Shown: positions 24,803 through 37,561 of the stretch, in pieces
Position numbering within the stretch: position 1 is the first letter of the stretch
Layout of the letters: every line of letters starts with the position of its first letter
NCBI RefSeq assembly: GCF_036321535.1
Contig: NC_087436.1
Location: 47,308,001-47,372,000, forward strand
Reading direction: 5' to 3'
DNA: 64,000 nucleotides
Origin: Camelus dromedarius
Taxonomy: Eukaryota
The notes under the pieces: model-generated
What the model saw: the letters and a program-made list of their open reading frames with translations, nothing else
What the model was told of the DNA's origin: nothing
Databases searched by the model: none
Position numbers and translations under genes: made by a program

Positions 24803-27800
24803 AAGTGACATCATCAACTGAGAACAGGAAGTGGAAGAGGTTTTAGAAAGAATAGAAAGTTTGAAGTAGCCGCCTGGAGAGTAAGAACATGAACCAACTA
24901 GAGAAACCCTGTAAATGTGACAGATGGCACTGAAGACTGAATTGAAGTTGGGACCATAGTGATACCAAAAGTGACTTTCTCTGGCAGCACTCAGCCTCCT
25001 GGGCACAGCACAGAGAATGGGGGGTAGTGGTGAAATAGACAGGCCAAGGAGGGAGATGGTCTAGGATCATGTCAATGAAATGATGGACTAGGAAATAAAA
25101 GATGGTCAGGGAGACAAACAAATGGAGGAAGGACTGATGGACAAGGGAAAAGTAAAAGGATCCATGGCCTAGAGATCTCAGAGACATTGCAGAACATGTA
25201 AACTGGGAGCAATAAATGGAAAAATTTGGATGCATGGAGATCAGGAGGTGAGATTTATGAACTATTTATCTGAGCAGTTTGGGGCAGTGGTAGGGCCTAG
25301 CATGTGGCTGTGAGTGGATGAGTGATGTGAAAGGAAGGCGAAAAGAAAGAGGTCACTTCAGAGTTTGGGGCATTGGAAGAGTAATTCTCATGGATGCTGA
25401 AGTTACCCAGACAGATGGCCAGAATAGAGATAGGGAAGACAGTAAATCAGGTGCCAAACAATTAACGATGAGTTGGAAGGATGAGAGAAAAATAATGGCC
25501 TAGAAGACATGAATGCCACAAAGGAGCGGGGCGTATCTCAAAAGCCTGGCATAATCTCCATCTAGAAGTAGCTCTAGAAATCAAAGAGACACAGACTTCA
25601 CCTTTCAACTCCAAGTACATAGAGTATGAGAAGACAATCAGACGTCCTTGGCAGGCTGCAGACAAAGTGTGTGCCCAGATTTCAGTTAAGGCCAAAAAAA
25701 TATAGGGAATATTCAGAGATGCGATTGAGCATCTAGGAGAGTTTGTGATCAAAAGTAGGGATTTCAGAGGATATAAGAGAAGGGTTAGGGAGTGATGGGT
25801 AGAATCAGGGAGATCAGGGGAAATAAATCACAGAGTATTATGGAAATAAGTGTATGAAGCTGGAATAGGCATGTGAGTGGGGTGAGGGCAGTTTTCTCCC
25901 TAAACCTACTCCTACCTTTTCTGGAGCTGGTAGCCTGACTCTGTGCCAAAGCCAGGGTAAATAGAAAGTAGAATTGTGTAATGTAACTCAAGGCTGGAAT
26001 GCAGACATATTTGGCATAGTAAAGTTCAAGAGATACATCAAGAGGAGATTAATCTTAGTGCAATGTTCTTATTTTATATTAGCTGGTCCATTCAGAAGCC
26101 AAACTACTACGAGGATCGCTGTTCCTCCTGTTTTCCTCCCTCAGGTTCCAAGAATCGCTGACTTTCCCCTAACCACCTACATTTATATGGACTTGATAAT
26201 GAACAACAAATCAGGGCCATATTTGGGGAACAGGCAGGAGAAAATTGGTTTAAATGTACTGAGCACTCTTGGAGAAGAGAGAGAGTTCCGGTAGGGATGG
26301 AGGTTGAGGGAGCCATGCTTTGCTGATCAAGATAGGAAGCCGTGAGTCAATCAAGATACTATACAGCTGTGAATGGAGCAGTAAACTCACTGGGCTAGAG
26401 AGAATAGTACCAAGTACCTATCATTTGGGGGAATCTGGTTGATTGAAATAGAGCACTTGAACCAGAAGTAAGAGCTGGTCTAACCTCTGGGGTCTCTGTA
26501 TATGCTTGACTGGCTAATGTTGAGATAGTTTTGTTATTACCACTTGTCTCTCACTTCTACCATAAAGGGGTAGGTATTGGGACCACATGAGAAATGGAGG
26601 ATATAGTTCTGAGTCTCTTGGAGGGTAGTGGGAACAGGTGCCTTGGAAAATTTAGCAGCAGCAAAAAGGAGGCCTTCATGACAATGATTTGATTCCCAGA
26701 TAGATTAGCCTGGAGCAACACTGCCCCAGCTTGCCAGTTGCATAAGAATCATCATTGTGTGGGGCTCACCCTTGACTTAATAAATCTTCAGGGGAGGGAC
26801 TCCAGGCACCACTTTAAGTGCGTGCCTGAGTTTCCTATGCTGAGAAAAATTCGGAAAATTTTAGCCTAAGGCTATGATTCTCTATTTTTTTAATATATAG
26901 TTGAGCAAATTACACTCTTTCTAGAGAAATATTAGCCATAATTTTCAATCAGGGACTGTGCCATCCTGGAAGGGCTCTCAGAATTACAAGGTTCCCTAGG
27001 GTTGGGGAAGAAGGAGGAGGGAAGGGAGGATAGTGAGATTTAAGTAGGTTTAGACAGTCCCAGAGAAACTGGGGTGACTTCTCAATAGGGAGGGTCATCC
27101 CCCACCATCCCATTCCAGCCTCCTTCCCTGTTTGGCAGTCGCTGGTCTAGATTCTAGTCAAGAGGAAGAGAATTCCCTAATAAGCTTAATAGTTGTATTC
27201 TGATGTTTACTGTGTTCTGTGATTTCATTTCTTGTGAGTCTGTCTCTAGAAGGCCAGCCACCTTGCTATTCTGGCAAAGCTGAATTTTAAGCCCACCAAA
27301 CAAAAGGCTGGACTTCACAGACTGGTGCCCATAGCAGGAAAATGATTCACTGTAGGACACATCTGGACAGCCTGCTAGCCTCCTAGGCCACACTCAGTGT
27401 CTTCATTGGCTGCCTCTCCAGTTGTTTCCCTGGCTGTATACCAATTGGAATGTACACACACACCCCTACACACACACTCACATCCTCCCCCCATACAGTT
27501 TCTTAGGGCACTGTATATGATTATATTGCCTTACTCCAAAAACAGACTTTTTCCCCTCTAATTTAAAATGTGAAGAAGGATGAATTTGCTGAAGGACATG
27601 CTAACTTTATGCAGACCTGATTTTTCAGAGTTAGCTCAAACTAAAATATCTAAAGAGAAAGGTACAAAGTCTGCCTGTTTACCTAAGCCTTTTCTGTAGT
27701 GAAGGGGAGGTAATAATTACACAGTGTTGTGCTTTCTATATGAAAGTATTCAGTCAATGACCTCAGACATGTAGTAAATACTATATAAATCATCTTTACA

Positions 27801-28353
27801 ACTTTCTAGTAGTTAAATATTATCAGAAATAAACAGACATAAAAGATGAGTAATAGATGGACATCTTTGATTTAGTTTCTTCAACCCTTCTAATCTTAGG
27901 CGTGTTTTCAGACAGTGGCCATTAAAATAGTATCATATATGCAATCTATAAATTTAACATGAAATAACATCTTGCTTTTATACTAATGTTGTTATTGAAA
28001 AGAATCCAGAGTACTTTCATGTCATTAACTCATTTCTTATATCTTTAAAACATCCTCTTAAATTTTGATGACTCCTTAGTCTGCATTCAGTATTTAATAT
28101 CAAATTCTCTAAGATTCAGAAGAAAGTAATCAACTATAATAGTTTATAAAAACATTTCCTGTTTTCTTTTGTGCTTTTAAAATCCATTTTTTAAAATTTA
28201 ATTTCTTGACATTATATCACCTCCACCCACCTACCCACCCAACCTGGCATTGTTCATTCTCTCCTGCCCTTGCCCCTTTTTAGCTAGGTCTCATAAATTA
28301 ATTGTGTCTTTCTTTTAACCCTCTCTTCCTCTGGTATGGTCTCATTCATTACA

Positions 28354-28515
28354 CAGTTGACATTTGAACAATTCAAGGGTTAGGGGAGCCAACCCTCTGC
28401 ACAGCTGAAAATGCAAGAATAATTTATAGTTGGCCCTCCATATTCTCAGTTCCTCGTATCCGCAAATTCAATCAACTGTGGATCATGTAGCACTGTAGAA
28501 TTTACTATTGAAAAT
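28354..28515. mobile_element. Tigger2-family MITE fragment
   Basis: Terminal-repeat-like cagttgacatttgaacaa followed by gggttaggggagccaaccctctgcacagctgaaaat...tagttggccctcc. Confidence 0.65.
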
Positions 28516-28580
28516 ACTGAGTTTTATAAGAGAGACAAAAGTACAGCCTGTGTCTCTGGTTTCAGAGTGTTCTCAGTACA

Positions 28581-28642
28581 TGCATACTTAGCATGCAAGA
28601 GGTCCTGGGTTCAGTCCCCAGTACCTCCATTAAAAAAAACCA
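28581..28642 (+). mobile_element. 5'-truncated tRNA-Ala SINE with perfect 15-bp TSD
   Basis: cttagcatgcaagaggtcctgggttcagtccccagtacctccattaaaaaaaa flanked by agtgttctcagtaca (28566-28580, 28643-28657). Confidence 0.92.
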
Positions 28643-28996
28643 AGTGTTCTCAGTACAGTTAGGAAAATAAGATGAACACATTACAATTACACTGATCAAA
28701 ATGTAGTCATATCTCACCTGGAAGTAACTTAAAGCTTAATTGTCCTTATTTCACATTTGTTTTCAAAGGTTTTCAACCCAACGCATGGATGACATGCCAT
28801 TTTGCCGAGAACCCACTTTAATTGTTTCTACGAGTGCCAACAGCTTCTCACCTCCCACTGCCCCTCCACCCTTAGGATAATACCCTTTGAAACACACTAG
28901 GTGATTAAAGTTGTAGGTAACTAAATTAGTAGAAAAAGTTAAGAGGAAAACATAGAATGACAACTGGAATTATACTCACCGAAATGCTAAACCATA

Positions 28997-29494
28997 CGTG
29001 CCCTGGGGCCTTGGCAGGAAAAAGATGACATACCCAAAAAGTGTAACTACAAAGACTTTAATGACTTTATAAAGGGTGTGGTCAGAAAGGCCAGTACAAA
29101 GATGTAACAAGAAATGATGAAGCACCCAAGGATACTGGGAAGTCATTACCACCTTGAGAGCTGCCTTAAGGGGGAAGAAAGGGAAAGATGTTCCCAGCAC
29201 TAGGTAAGAGGCGGCTCTGTGAAAAGGGGCTTCTGGACAGGAGCTGGGGCCTTAGGTGGAGGAATGTAGCCACCCAGAACTGTAGCAAGAGCAGGGAGAG
29301 TGAGAAGAACAGTGTTCCTGACCTCTCTTTCCTCCTGCCCTCAGACTGCCTGCTGATAAGTGACCCTAACCCAAAGCTGAAGGGTAAGGAAGCCCCGATG
29401 ATGTCGTTGGTAAAGATGCAGTGTCCAGGAGTAAAGAACAGAGCTGAGATGGGTGCGAATGGATCTGGATGGGCAAATAGAGAATAACCAGCAC
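28997..29494 (-). mobile_element. ERVL LTR (LTR33-like)
   Basis: Reverse complement starts tgtgctggttattctctatttgcccatccagatccattc, similar to the recalled LTR33 start. Confidence 0.65.
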
Positions 29495-30005
29495 AAATCC
29501 CTGCAGAGTGTTAGGAGTCCATGCCAGTGGTTTATGATAGGATATTTCTAAGAAAGTGAACTCCAGCATCCTCAGCCTAGTTGGGAATAGGCACAATAGG
29601 GCAAATTGAAGAGGTCAATGACCTCAGAATTCAACTTAGTGAGTCACCTTCTCAAACCCCCTCCCACCATATCAACTACTATACAGCTTAAATGTAGCCA
29701 AGTTGTTGACATTCTGTCCCCTGTTATTTGGTGAGAAATTGCTCTTATCAGGCCAAACCTTACCTTTATAGTAAGGGACAACTGGGAGAAAAATGAAGCC
29801 AACATGAAAGTAAGGGAGGCATTTATGCAAGGATGTTGTGGACAATCCCAAGTTAAACCACACCCAACAAAAATCATCCTAAAGTTTGTAATGCAAAGAC
29901 TCCCTAAATGGCCTCTCCTCAGAAATACGTAGATAACCCATGCTCTGAATCTTAATTAATTTGTGAAAACATTCTAGGGGTACAGTAATACACAAAAGGA
30001 TTCTC

Positions 30006-30097
30006 TTTTTTTTGTTATTGTTGTTAATGGAGGTACTGGGGATTGAATCCAGGACCTTGTGCATGCTCAGGCTCTACCATTGAGCTGTATCCTCCCC
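30006..30097 (-). mobile_element. tRNA-Ala SINE
   Basis: atggaggtactggggattgaatccaggaccttgtgcatgct...ctctaccattgagctgtatcctcccc with a T-rich tail and degenerate TSD. Confidence 0.9.
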
Positions 30098-30384
30098 ACA
30101 AAAAATTACTCTTGAGTGTCACATTTTAGCAACGTCTTAGTTAAGACTAGGGGCGCTTTGCCTGTAGCAAATGACCTTCTGTGGCCACATAGTCTGACCA
30201 TGGATTCCCCAGGCATTGCCTGTTGATCCTCCTGAGCGCCTGGGCTTCCATCAAGGAGACAGCGAAAGGGAAGTAGCCTGCTCACCTCATCTCCACCTAC
30301 TTCCTGGCCTCCAATTCCACATTCTCTTGACCAAACTGTGGTCATTTTAAATAAAGAATTTCCCTGATCAATAAACTCTGCTGT

Positions 30385-31310
30385 AAAATGGATGAGGACA
30401 GAGCAGCGGACACTGCATTTGTTAGTAAGGTCACTGGTGTCCTTTGCCAGGGTAGTTTCAGTGGAGCCAAGCCTCCCACCTGGTGTGCCAAGGTAGCCTG
30501 GGGAGTCATGGAGGATTGCAAGTGAGCTGAAAACTAAGCCACTTAAGTTCCTGACATGGCCAGGGCAGGGCTAGAGTAACCTTGATTTTTGTTCTCTGGA
30601 TGCTAAATAAATATAGTAATTTTCTCTGGTTGCCACAACATGGAAAAGTTTGGAAAGCCTAGCTGTAGAATGATAGCAGTGGAAGTCAAATTGCAATTCA
30701 GGAGGGCGAAGTGGAGAAATGGAGGTAGAGGCTCTGAATATAAAGAATATTTCAAGACATATACATCAATAAAAGAAAGAGGAGAGAGCAAATAGACTGA
30801 TTCTAATCAGGTTTAATAGACAGATGCTTGAGGACATTTGTAGAGAGTAGAGAAGGATATGGCCATAAAGAGAAATTCAAGATACAAGGGAGAGGAAAGG
30901 TACGCAATGTTAAGGTGGAAGGGAAGAAGAGGGAGTTCACTATGCTGGCTACTATTTTCTTTGTGAAAGAGAAGTTGAGTTAACCACCAAGAGTGAGAAA
31001 GACAGGATCTTGATACGGGTTTTTAAGAACAAAATGAAGATTTGAAATATCTGCTATCAGAAATGAGAAAGGAAGCTGGCAAAAGATAAGTAAAAAATTG
31101 CCAGTGTTGAGAGCCAAACTGAGAATGGAGCTCATAAATTTGTAATGAAGCTTATCAGCAGAGTTCTGTGTTTCACACAGCTGTGCCAGGACACCTGGGT
31201 GCTTGAGAAGGAACAGTGGTTAGGTGGCTTCATCTAGGACCTGGAAGAGCAAGTGCCATCGAAAGGATAAGCTGCAAAAGAATTAGGCAGGTGGTAATAA
31301 GAGGAAGGAC
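30385..31310 (-). mobile_element. L2 remnants (patchy)
   Basis: gatgaggacagag...aggtcactggtgtcctttgccagggtagtttcagtggag and further purine-rich L2-like blocks. Confidence 0.5.
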
Positions 31311-31382
31311 AGAATTTGAACTTGTTAGAATAAGAGTTCTGCTTTATTTGTTTGCTCATTGCTGAATCTCCAGTACCTGGAG

Positions 31383-31550
31383 CAATGGTACTTCTCTGTG
31401 GATTATAATCACCTGGAGAGCTTTAGAAATTCCTGATGACTAAACTGCACCATGAACAAATTAAATTGGAATCTTTGGGTGGGTCCCAGGCACAGTACTT
31501 TTTAAAGTCTCTGAATAATTCCAGTCTACAGCCAAAGATGAGAAGAACTG
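31383..31550. mobile_element. hAT-Charlie MER5-type MITE within an L2 3' end
   Basis: aatcacctggagagcttt...aaattggaatctttgggtgggtcccaggcacagtactttttaaag...gatgagaagaactg, followed by gtctagaa (NTCTAGAN target preference). Confidence 0.75.
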
Positions 31551-33029
31551 GTCTAGAAGAATGTCTAACATAAAGTACAAACCTGATAAATTTAAATTTC
31601 AGTGAATGGAATTCAGGTTTGATTAGAGAGGCTCTGAATCTAGGAAGGGCTGAGGTTGGGAAAAGGGATAAAGATGGAAGTTTCCATGAACTTGAAGTGT
31701 AGGTTTGAGGCCATTGTTTTCAGAGAGGGATTTATAAGTTTATTATGTTGGAGTGGGCATAGTTCGATGTGATATGACTTAACCTATTTCTGGCCAAAGG
31801 ACTTTTTGCATAAGTACCATGAGCTTGCTACAGTATGGCAGTTAAAGATCTGAATTAGGGTGTTGTACAGTTTGTGAAGTTAAAAGTTAAAGTTGCAGAG
31901 GGCATAACCAGAGGGGAGGAGCGGACGAAGACTTGTTCATGGCTCTCAGATTGAACATTGATCTCAGTTGAACTAGTTCTGACTTGCACTTCCTCTTGTT
32001 ATCTTCATGAACCTAAATTCATGTTTTTCAGCGAATTTCTCAGGCCCCTGAGTCAGATCACCTTTGCTTCTTTGGGCCTGGGTTCACCTTACACTAAGAC
32101 ACACAAACTGAAGTCTTATTGTGAATTTGTTTATCCATTTTCCTACTTTCAGGAGAGCATCAGGTGAAGGCACAGAAGGCTGGAAAGCAATCAGCAGTGG
32201 AAAGTCAAAAATGCTGTTTAAATTCACCACCCTTACTTACAATTTTGCTTGAGGCTATTCCAATCAGGGCTTGTATTGAGCAAAGATGACAACAGAAAGA
32301 AAAACAAACCATAAAACTAACCTCCTACCCAAATCCCATAATGGTCAAGGAGAATCACAGTGAGGCCAATGACCTCTAAAATGGCATTTCCTCTTTATTT
32401 GACTAGATATTTACTGCTCACTTATCACAACCCACAACCTCTATGTCATGGCAGTCACATTGAACTCTCATGGTGGATTAAGAGATTAGGGTTGGGCTCC
32501 CATGACAGAGCTTATTTACCCTCCCCACTGCCCAACACCCGGGTCATTTCTAAGGAATTATTTATAAGTAACTGGATACACTCTGGTCAGGTGGTGTAGA
32601 AGTTTGTAACTCATTATTTTATTTTATGAAGAAGTACTTGCCCTTCTCCTCCCAGCGGGGTAAACATTAACTTGCTAGTTGGAAAACTGCCATCCTAATC
32701 ATCTTGGCGGCACTGCGGTCACATGACATAGCTGGGGGTAGCTCCAGATGGCAGCGGGTAAAACAAGTGATACAGAGCCTCAAGCGATATTTGATGAAGA
32801 ATTGTTCTCTTTATGGGAGTCAATTAGCACTGCAAGCAGCAAAGCTGGTGAACTCTCCTCTGGTGCTTGCTGCTGTGGCAGGACATTTTAGGAAGTTTCA
32901 GGAGGACAAACAATACCCTTCACTGCAGTAGGTGAGAGGTGAGCCAAAGAAACAGTCACTGTGGAATCTACATAGGAAGGAAGAAGATTCAAACTGAAGA
33001 CATGGAGTGCTCACCAAAGCAGAGGACAC

Positions 33030-33560
33030 CCTGTCTCTCCATCCTGTTGTCATGACCTTGTCCCAGGTCACCACCTTCCAGCCCTCACTTAGAACTTAGA
33101 ACCTGCAGCAGCTTCCCAACGGGTGTCCTGCCTCCAATCTTGGCCTCCTCCATTACATTCCATCTTCTGGAGCCAGCAGGCTTTTTCTAAAATGCCATTC
33201 TGATTTTATCACCCCCTATTTGAGCCCATTACATGGTTTCTCATGTCTCCCATTTCTCAGGATGAAGTCAACTCCGAGTATAGCTGGAAAGCTCTATTAA
33301 TGACTTGATTTCTGCCTACCACTCCATTTGTTAATTTTGCCACTCCCAGCATCCATTCGTCACTACGTTAAACTTCTAGTTTGCTTAAACCAGTGACGCT
33401 CTCTGGTTTCCTCTTCTGGGAACTCCTTTCCTTTTCTTTTTCTGGGTAACTCCTCCTTCAGGACTTAATTTAGACATCCTAGTGGGTGCTCCTGTAGCAC
33501 CCTAAACTTCTCCTATCATAAGTTAGTACATAGGCTGCTTAATTATCTACCTGTCTTACT
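33030..33560 (+). mobile_element. L2 fragment
   Basis: ccaggtcaccacc...cagcttcccaacgggtgtcctgcctcc...ttttctaaaatgccattctgattttatcacccc. Confidence 0.7.
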
Positions 33561-33589
33561 GTGCAATATTAGCTCACGTTGAGTGTTAA

Positions 33590-33990
33590 TATTCATCACA
33601 CCCTATTAAGCATTTTCCCTTGGCATGTTGCGTGTGATTTCCATAACAATCCTGTGAGAGAGATACTTGATTACAAATAATTAAACTGAGGCTGATGTTA
33701 GGCCAGTTGCTTAAAGCTACAGCTAGAAAGCTCCATAAAACAAGATGGTGTCAGTCTCGCCTTTCATCTGATCCCTAGCAACAAATGTATACACGAGCCT
33801 TTAGACATAAGCACCTACATTGCACTTAGAATGTGCTGAGCATATCTCAACCTTATGTCAGTAGGATGGGGAAACTGAAATAAAGGTTACGTGACCTGTC
33901 TATGGTCACACAGCGAAGTAGCCAGGCTGGGATTGTGTCACCTAAGCAGGTGGGCTCATGACTGCTGCAGTCTGAGCCACTATACTGCTC
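33590..33990 (-). mobile_element. Two MIR fragments (~33590-33730, ~33850-33990)
   Basis: ataacaatcctgtgag...aaactgaggct; gatggggaaactgaa...ggtcacacagcgaagt. Confidence 0.65.
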
Positions 33991-34889
33991 GTCCTTTACA
34001 TGAGCAGAAATGCTCCAAATTGCAGAAATGTTAAGGAAACAAATGAAACAGTCAATAAAGCAAAGCAAGTTGAGACCACCTTTAAAAAGACAATTTGTCA
34101 GTCCTTCAGAATCCCTCCTGTGAAGTCTTCACAGAAAGACAGATGCATAGTTCCTGCCAAATAAAAACATGTCTGAAAGAAAAAGTCATTTTCTATCTTG
34201 GAGCATCCCAGCTTCAGTGAGTTGTAATCAGGGATTTAAAAAAAAAATCCAACTAAAATATCCTTTTTGGCACTGAAATAGGTACTCAAATCACATTCTC
34301 TAGAGAAAATGGCAAGGGAAATCCAGTGGGATTATGGTGAAAAATTAAAGTCAACCAGCTATATTGGAAGAGAACTGCTGTGGTCTGGGGAGAAAAAAAA
34401 AAAAAGAGAAAAATGGAAAAATCCTTGCAGTTCCTAACAAGGCGAAAAGTTTGGCCTTGTCAAGTACAAATAGAACTTGGGTGGCAGAGAGAAAAAAGCA
34501 AAGGAATACTTTCATAGTTGTGTTTTTCTCCCTTTCCCAAATGGAAAAATTTTATTGTTGCTTCTTCTGATTTCTGTATCATTTTGATGGTTTCTATTAC
34601 AATGACTTGCTTTAAAGATCATCTCAGCATTCTTTTAATAAAAGATTTAAAACATTTGAAAAATTAATGGAAAAAATTTTACTTTTTGGAGGATGGAGGG
34701 AGAAGTATCAGTTGGGGTATACAAAGGCAAAAGGGTCTGAGTGAGTGAGGGATTTCCCCCACCCCATCATCAGAAGATGTGTCCCTGTGGCTGTTGGCAG
34801 CTCCAATGTAGGAGACCTCAGTAACCGTCACAGATTTGAGGCCAGAATCTTATTTGACTTGGCTGCTGTCTTTTGTTACAGACAGAAGA

Positions 34890-35135
34890 CAATGGTTATT
34901 GACCAGGGATAATGGCTTGGAGATGGAGAGGAGTTCACAGATTAGGGATAGGATTTGTTAACAGATTTAAGGAGAAGGAGGTGATAGAAAAGGAGGAAAC
35001 AAGTGTGACTCATAGGTGTCTGGCTTTAGCTTCTGGGTGGAGCCAGTTATTGACATAAGGAAGACTGTGGGGAAGAATAGATTTAAGGGAAAAAAGTTAA
35101 AAATTCAGTTTTGTACACATCAAGTTAGAAATTTC
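34890..35135 (-). mobile_element. L2 fragment
   Basis: gagatggagaggag...ataggatttgttaacagattt...ggtgtctggctttagc...aattcagttttgtacacat. Confidence 0.65.
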
Positions 35136-35138
35136 TGC

Positions 35139-35299
35139 ACTCTTCTTATAAGACCACCAATCCTGTTGGATTAAGGCCCCATCTTTATCACTTCATTAAT
35201 CTTATTTACCTCCTAAAAGCCCTATCTCCAAATACAGTCACATTGGGATTACAGTTCCAACATATGAATTTAGTGGGGGACACAATTCGGTCCATATCA
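35139..35299 (-). mobile_element. MaLR LTR fragment (MLT1A/B-like)
   Basis: ctcttcttataagaccaccaatcctgttggattaaggcccc...ccctatctccaaatacagtcacattggg...caacatatgaattt...ggggacacaattc. Confidence 0.8.
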
Positions 35300-35479
35300 G
35301 TGAACAAGAAGTAAACATTGATAGTATGCCTTTTTATGCATTTGGGATCCGGTCATAATGGCAGTTATTCCACCTTGATTAATGCAAGGGGGTCGAACAG
35401 AGGAGAATTGTGATGAGAGCTTTATCTAGAGGGCAACCAAGCTTTCCTAGAGGGCAACCAAACTTTCCTGCCTAGAGCA

Positions 35480-36090
35480 AGAAGATAGAGGGCTTTTGGA
35501 GAGAGGTCACCAAATGAAAAGTGGAACTGATGTGGTCAAACATTTGGGAAAAATTACTGGTAAAGATTCACCAAGTCTACTGACACATTTGGAAAAAAAA
35601 TAAATGGTAAACTCACGGGAGGCTAAGCAAAGGCAGTTTCAACTCCAGGAAAAACAAAATGTTATATGAAGAGGAAATATTCATAACATGCAACTTGAGT
35701 TAAACAGGGAATATTTACTGGTCCTAGTAATGTCTGCTGACTTAGCCAAAAGTTATAAGTCTACATGGAGGGGGTGAAGAAGGAAAAGGAAGTTGTGTGT
35801 GTGTATGTGGGTGTGATGACATACTTTAACTTTTTTAACAGGAGGTGTTTAGAAAATGTTTAAAATAGATCAAGAAATAGCAATACAATACTATAAAAAT
35901 ATGTCAGTAATTACTAGTAGAAACAGCATAAAAACTGAAAGAAGTTTCCACTGAGAGTGGGGTTGGGGGGGGGCCAGGATTGTAGACTGGGCAAGGGGAG
36001 TGTCAGTTTTCATGAAAGCCTTTTAACACTAGTAGAATATTTAAAGCTTATTTGCATATGTTGGATAAAATTCAGGTACACATTATAACT
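35480..36090 (+). mobile_element. Ancient L1 3' region (L1MC4/5-like)
   Basis: aactccaggaaaaacaaaatgttatatgaagaggaaatattcata resembles the recalled L1MC 3' UTR. Confidence 0.55.
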
Positions 36091-36131
36091 TTTCAAAATA
36101 TATTGTATGTATAGTTCAATAACCCCCTCCA

Positions 36132-36256
36132 AATATATACATATATATATGTATGTATGTATATGTGTGTGTGTATATAAATGTATGTATGTATATGTGT
36201 GTGTGTGTGTGTGTATATATTATATATATATATATAGTATATATATAGATAGATAG
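36132..36256. repeat. Compound (TA)n/(TG)n/(TATG)n microsatellite
   Basis: Seen directly. Confidence 0.95.
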
Positions 36257-36261
36257 TATGG

Positions 36262-36600
36262 GACAAATACTGCATGATATCACTTATATGTGGAATCTAA
36301 AAAATACAACAAACTAGTGAATATAACAAAAAAGAAGCAGACTCACAGATATAGAGAACAAACTAGTGGTGACCAGTGGGGAGAAGGAAGGGATATGATA
36401 GGGGTAGGGGATTGCGAGGTACAAACTACTATGTATGAAATAAATAAGCTACAAGGATATATTGTACAACATGGGGAAGATAGCCAATATTTTATAATAA
36501 CTATCAATGGAGTATAACCTTTAAAAATTGAATCACTACGTTATACACCTGAAACATATAATATTGTGCGTCAACTATCTTCAATTTAAAAAAATAAATA
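36262..36600 (+). mobile_element. LINE-1 3' UTR, 5'-truncated
   Basis: gacaaatactgcatgatatcacttatatgtggaatctaaaaaat...tacacctgaaac...aaaaaataaata; same family as 3095-3900. Confidence 0.9.
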
Positions 36601-37488
36601 CATAAGATATATTGTACAGGAAGTGTGGACAGCTCTTTCAGGAAGCTCTCCTGGCAAAGGGGAGAAAAGGGATGGGGCAGCTCCAATATTCAAGGGTGGA
36701 TATAAATAATTTTTAATTAAAGTAAGAATACTTAGTTAACAAATGAAATAGTTTCGGGTTTATAATGAAAAGCAAAATTTTCTGTCCCCTGCCCCGTTTC
36801 CAACACATTGCTTTGCATTCACTTATAAACATGTCAAAGTATGGCTCCTCTCAGTGCAGTAGCATGAATGCATTTCCCTGCCCTAGAGAGGAGGACATAG
36901 ACAAGATTTCTGCAAACTGACAGCAATGTCTCACCAGCCTGTGACTAAGCACATGGACACACTGCTCTGCCCAGGTCTCACCATGACCCACAGGGAGAGG
37001 AATGCCCAGAGGGGAAGCAAGGAAGCCTGCATGCAGTTAGGGCGTTTGTGTGTTATTGCTCTGCAGAATCCTGTGATCTCTCAGAATTGCAGTGTCACAT
37101 GGGAAAATGCCTGTGCAAAGAGGAAAGAAAAGTCCAGTTCTGTTTGTGGCATAGCTTAAAGCTGTGAGGGCTAAATCCAATCTGGGGAAGTCAAGAGAAG
37201 GATTTCCTGTCTCTGCCCCTAATGAGAAGAAAAGGTGAAAAGAGGCTTGTAAAATCTTCCTTTTGGTATCTTTATCCAGACCCTGTATGGCCATAATTAT
37301 AAAGTGGCATAGAGTAGTCCTGGTGGTCACACTTCTACTGAGGGTACTGTAGGTAGGGATAAATTTTATTGCACTTAAGTGCCTATAACCATAACAATAT
37401 GTTGTAAACATACAGTGTTTACCTTTCTGAACATTAACAAAACAACCATACTAGTACAGAACAAAAACCAAAACTATGAGAGGTGTTC

Positions 37489-37561
37489 AGAGGTACTGGG
37501 GATCGAACCCATGACCTTGTGCATGCTAAACATGCACTCTACCACTGAGCTATACTCTCCC
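37489..37561 (-). mobile_element. tRNA-Ala SINE
   Basis: gaggtactggggatcgaacccatgaccttgtgcatgctaaacatgcactctaccactgagctatactctccc. Confidence 0.9.

Larger units (their letters stand above)
17370..25900 (-). mobile_element. Long L2 remnant in three pieces (~17370-17790, ~23495-24270, ~24805-25900), split by an L1 and an MLT1
   Basis: Purine-rich reverse-L2 motifs (gcagtccaggtgtgaaatggcagtg; ctggagatgtcaagtgggcagctg; atccactggacttggtaacatagaggtc) continue collinearly across the insertions. Right boundary approximate. Confidence 0.7.

Noticed and set aside
29640..30350. Possible old LTR fragments around the SINE at 30006
   Set aside because: Too diverged to assign a family or boundaries by eye.
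32704..32931. Possible coding exon or short ORF (75 aa; alternative ATG frame MAAGKTSDTEPQ...)
   Set aside because: No recognisable homology or convincing acceptor, and the ATG frame stops after ~47 codons. A regulatory reading is more plausible.
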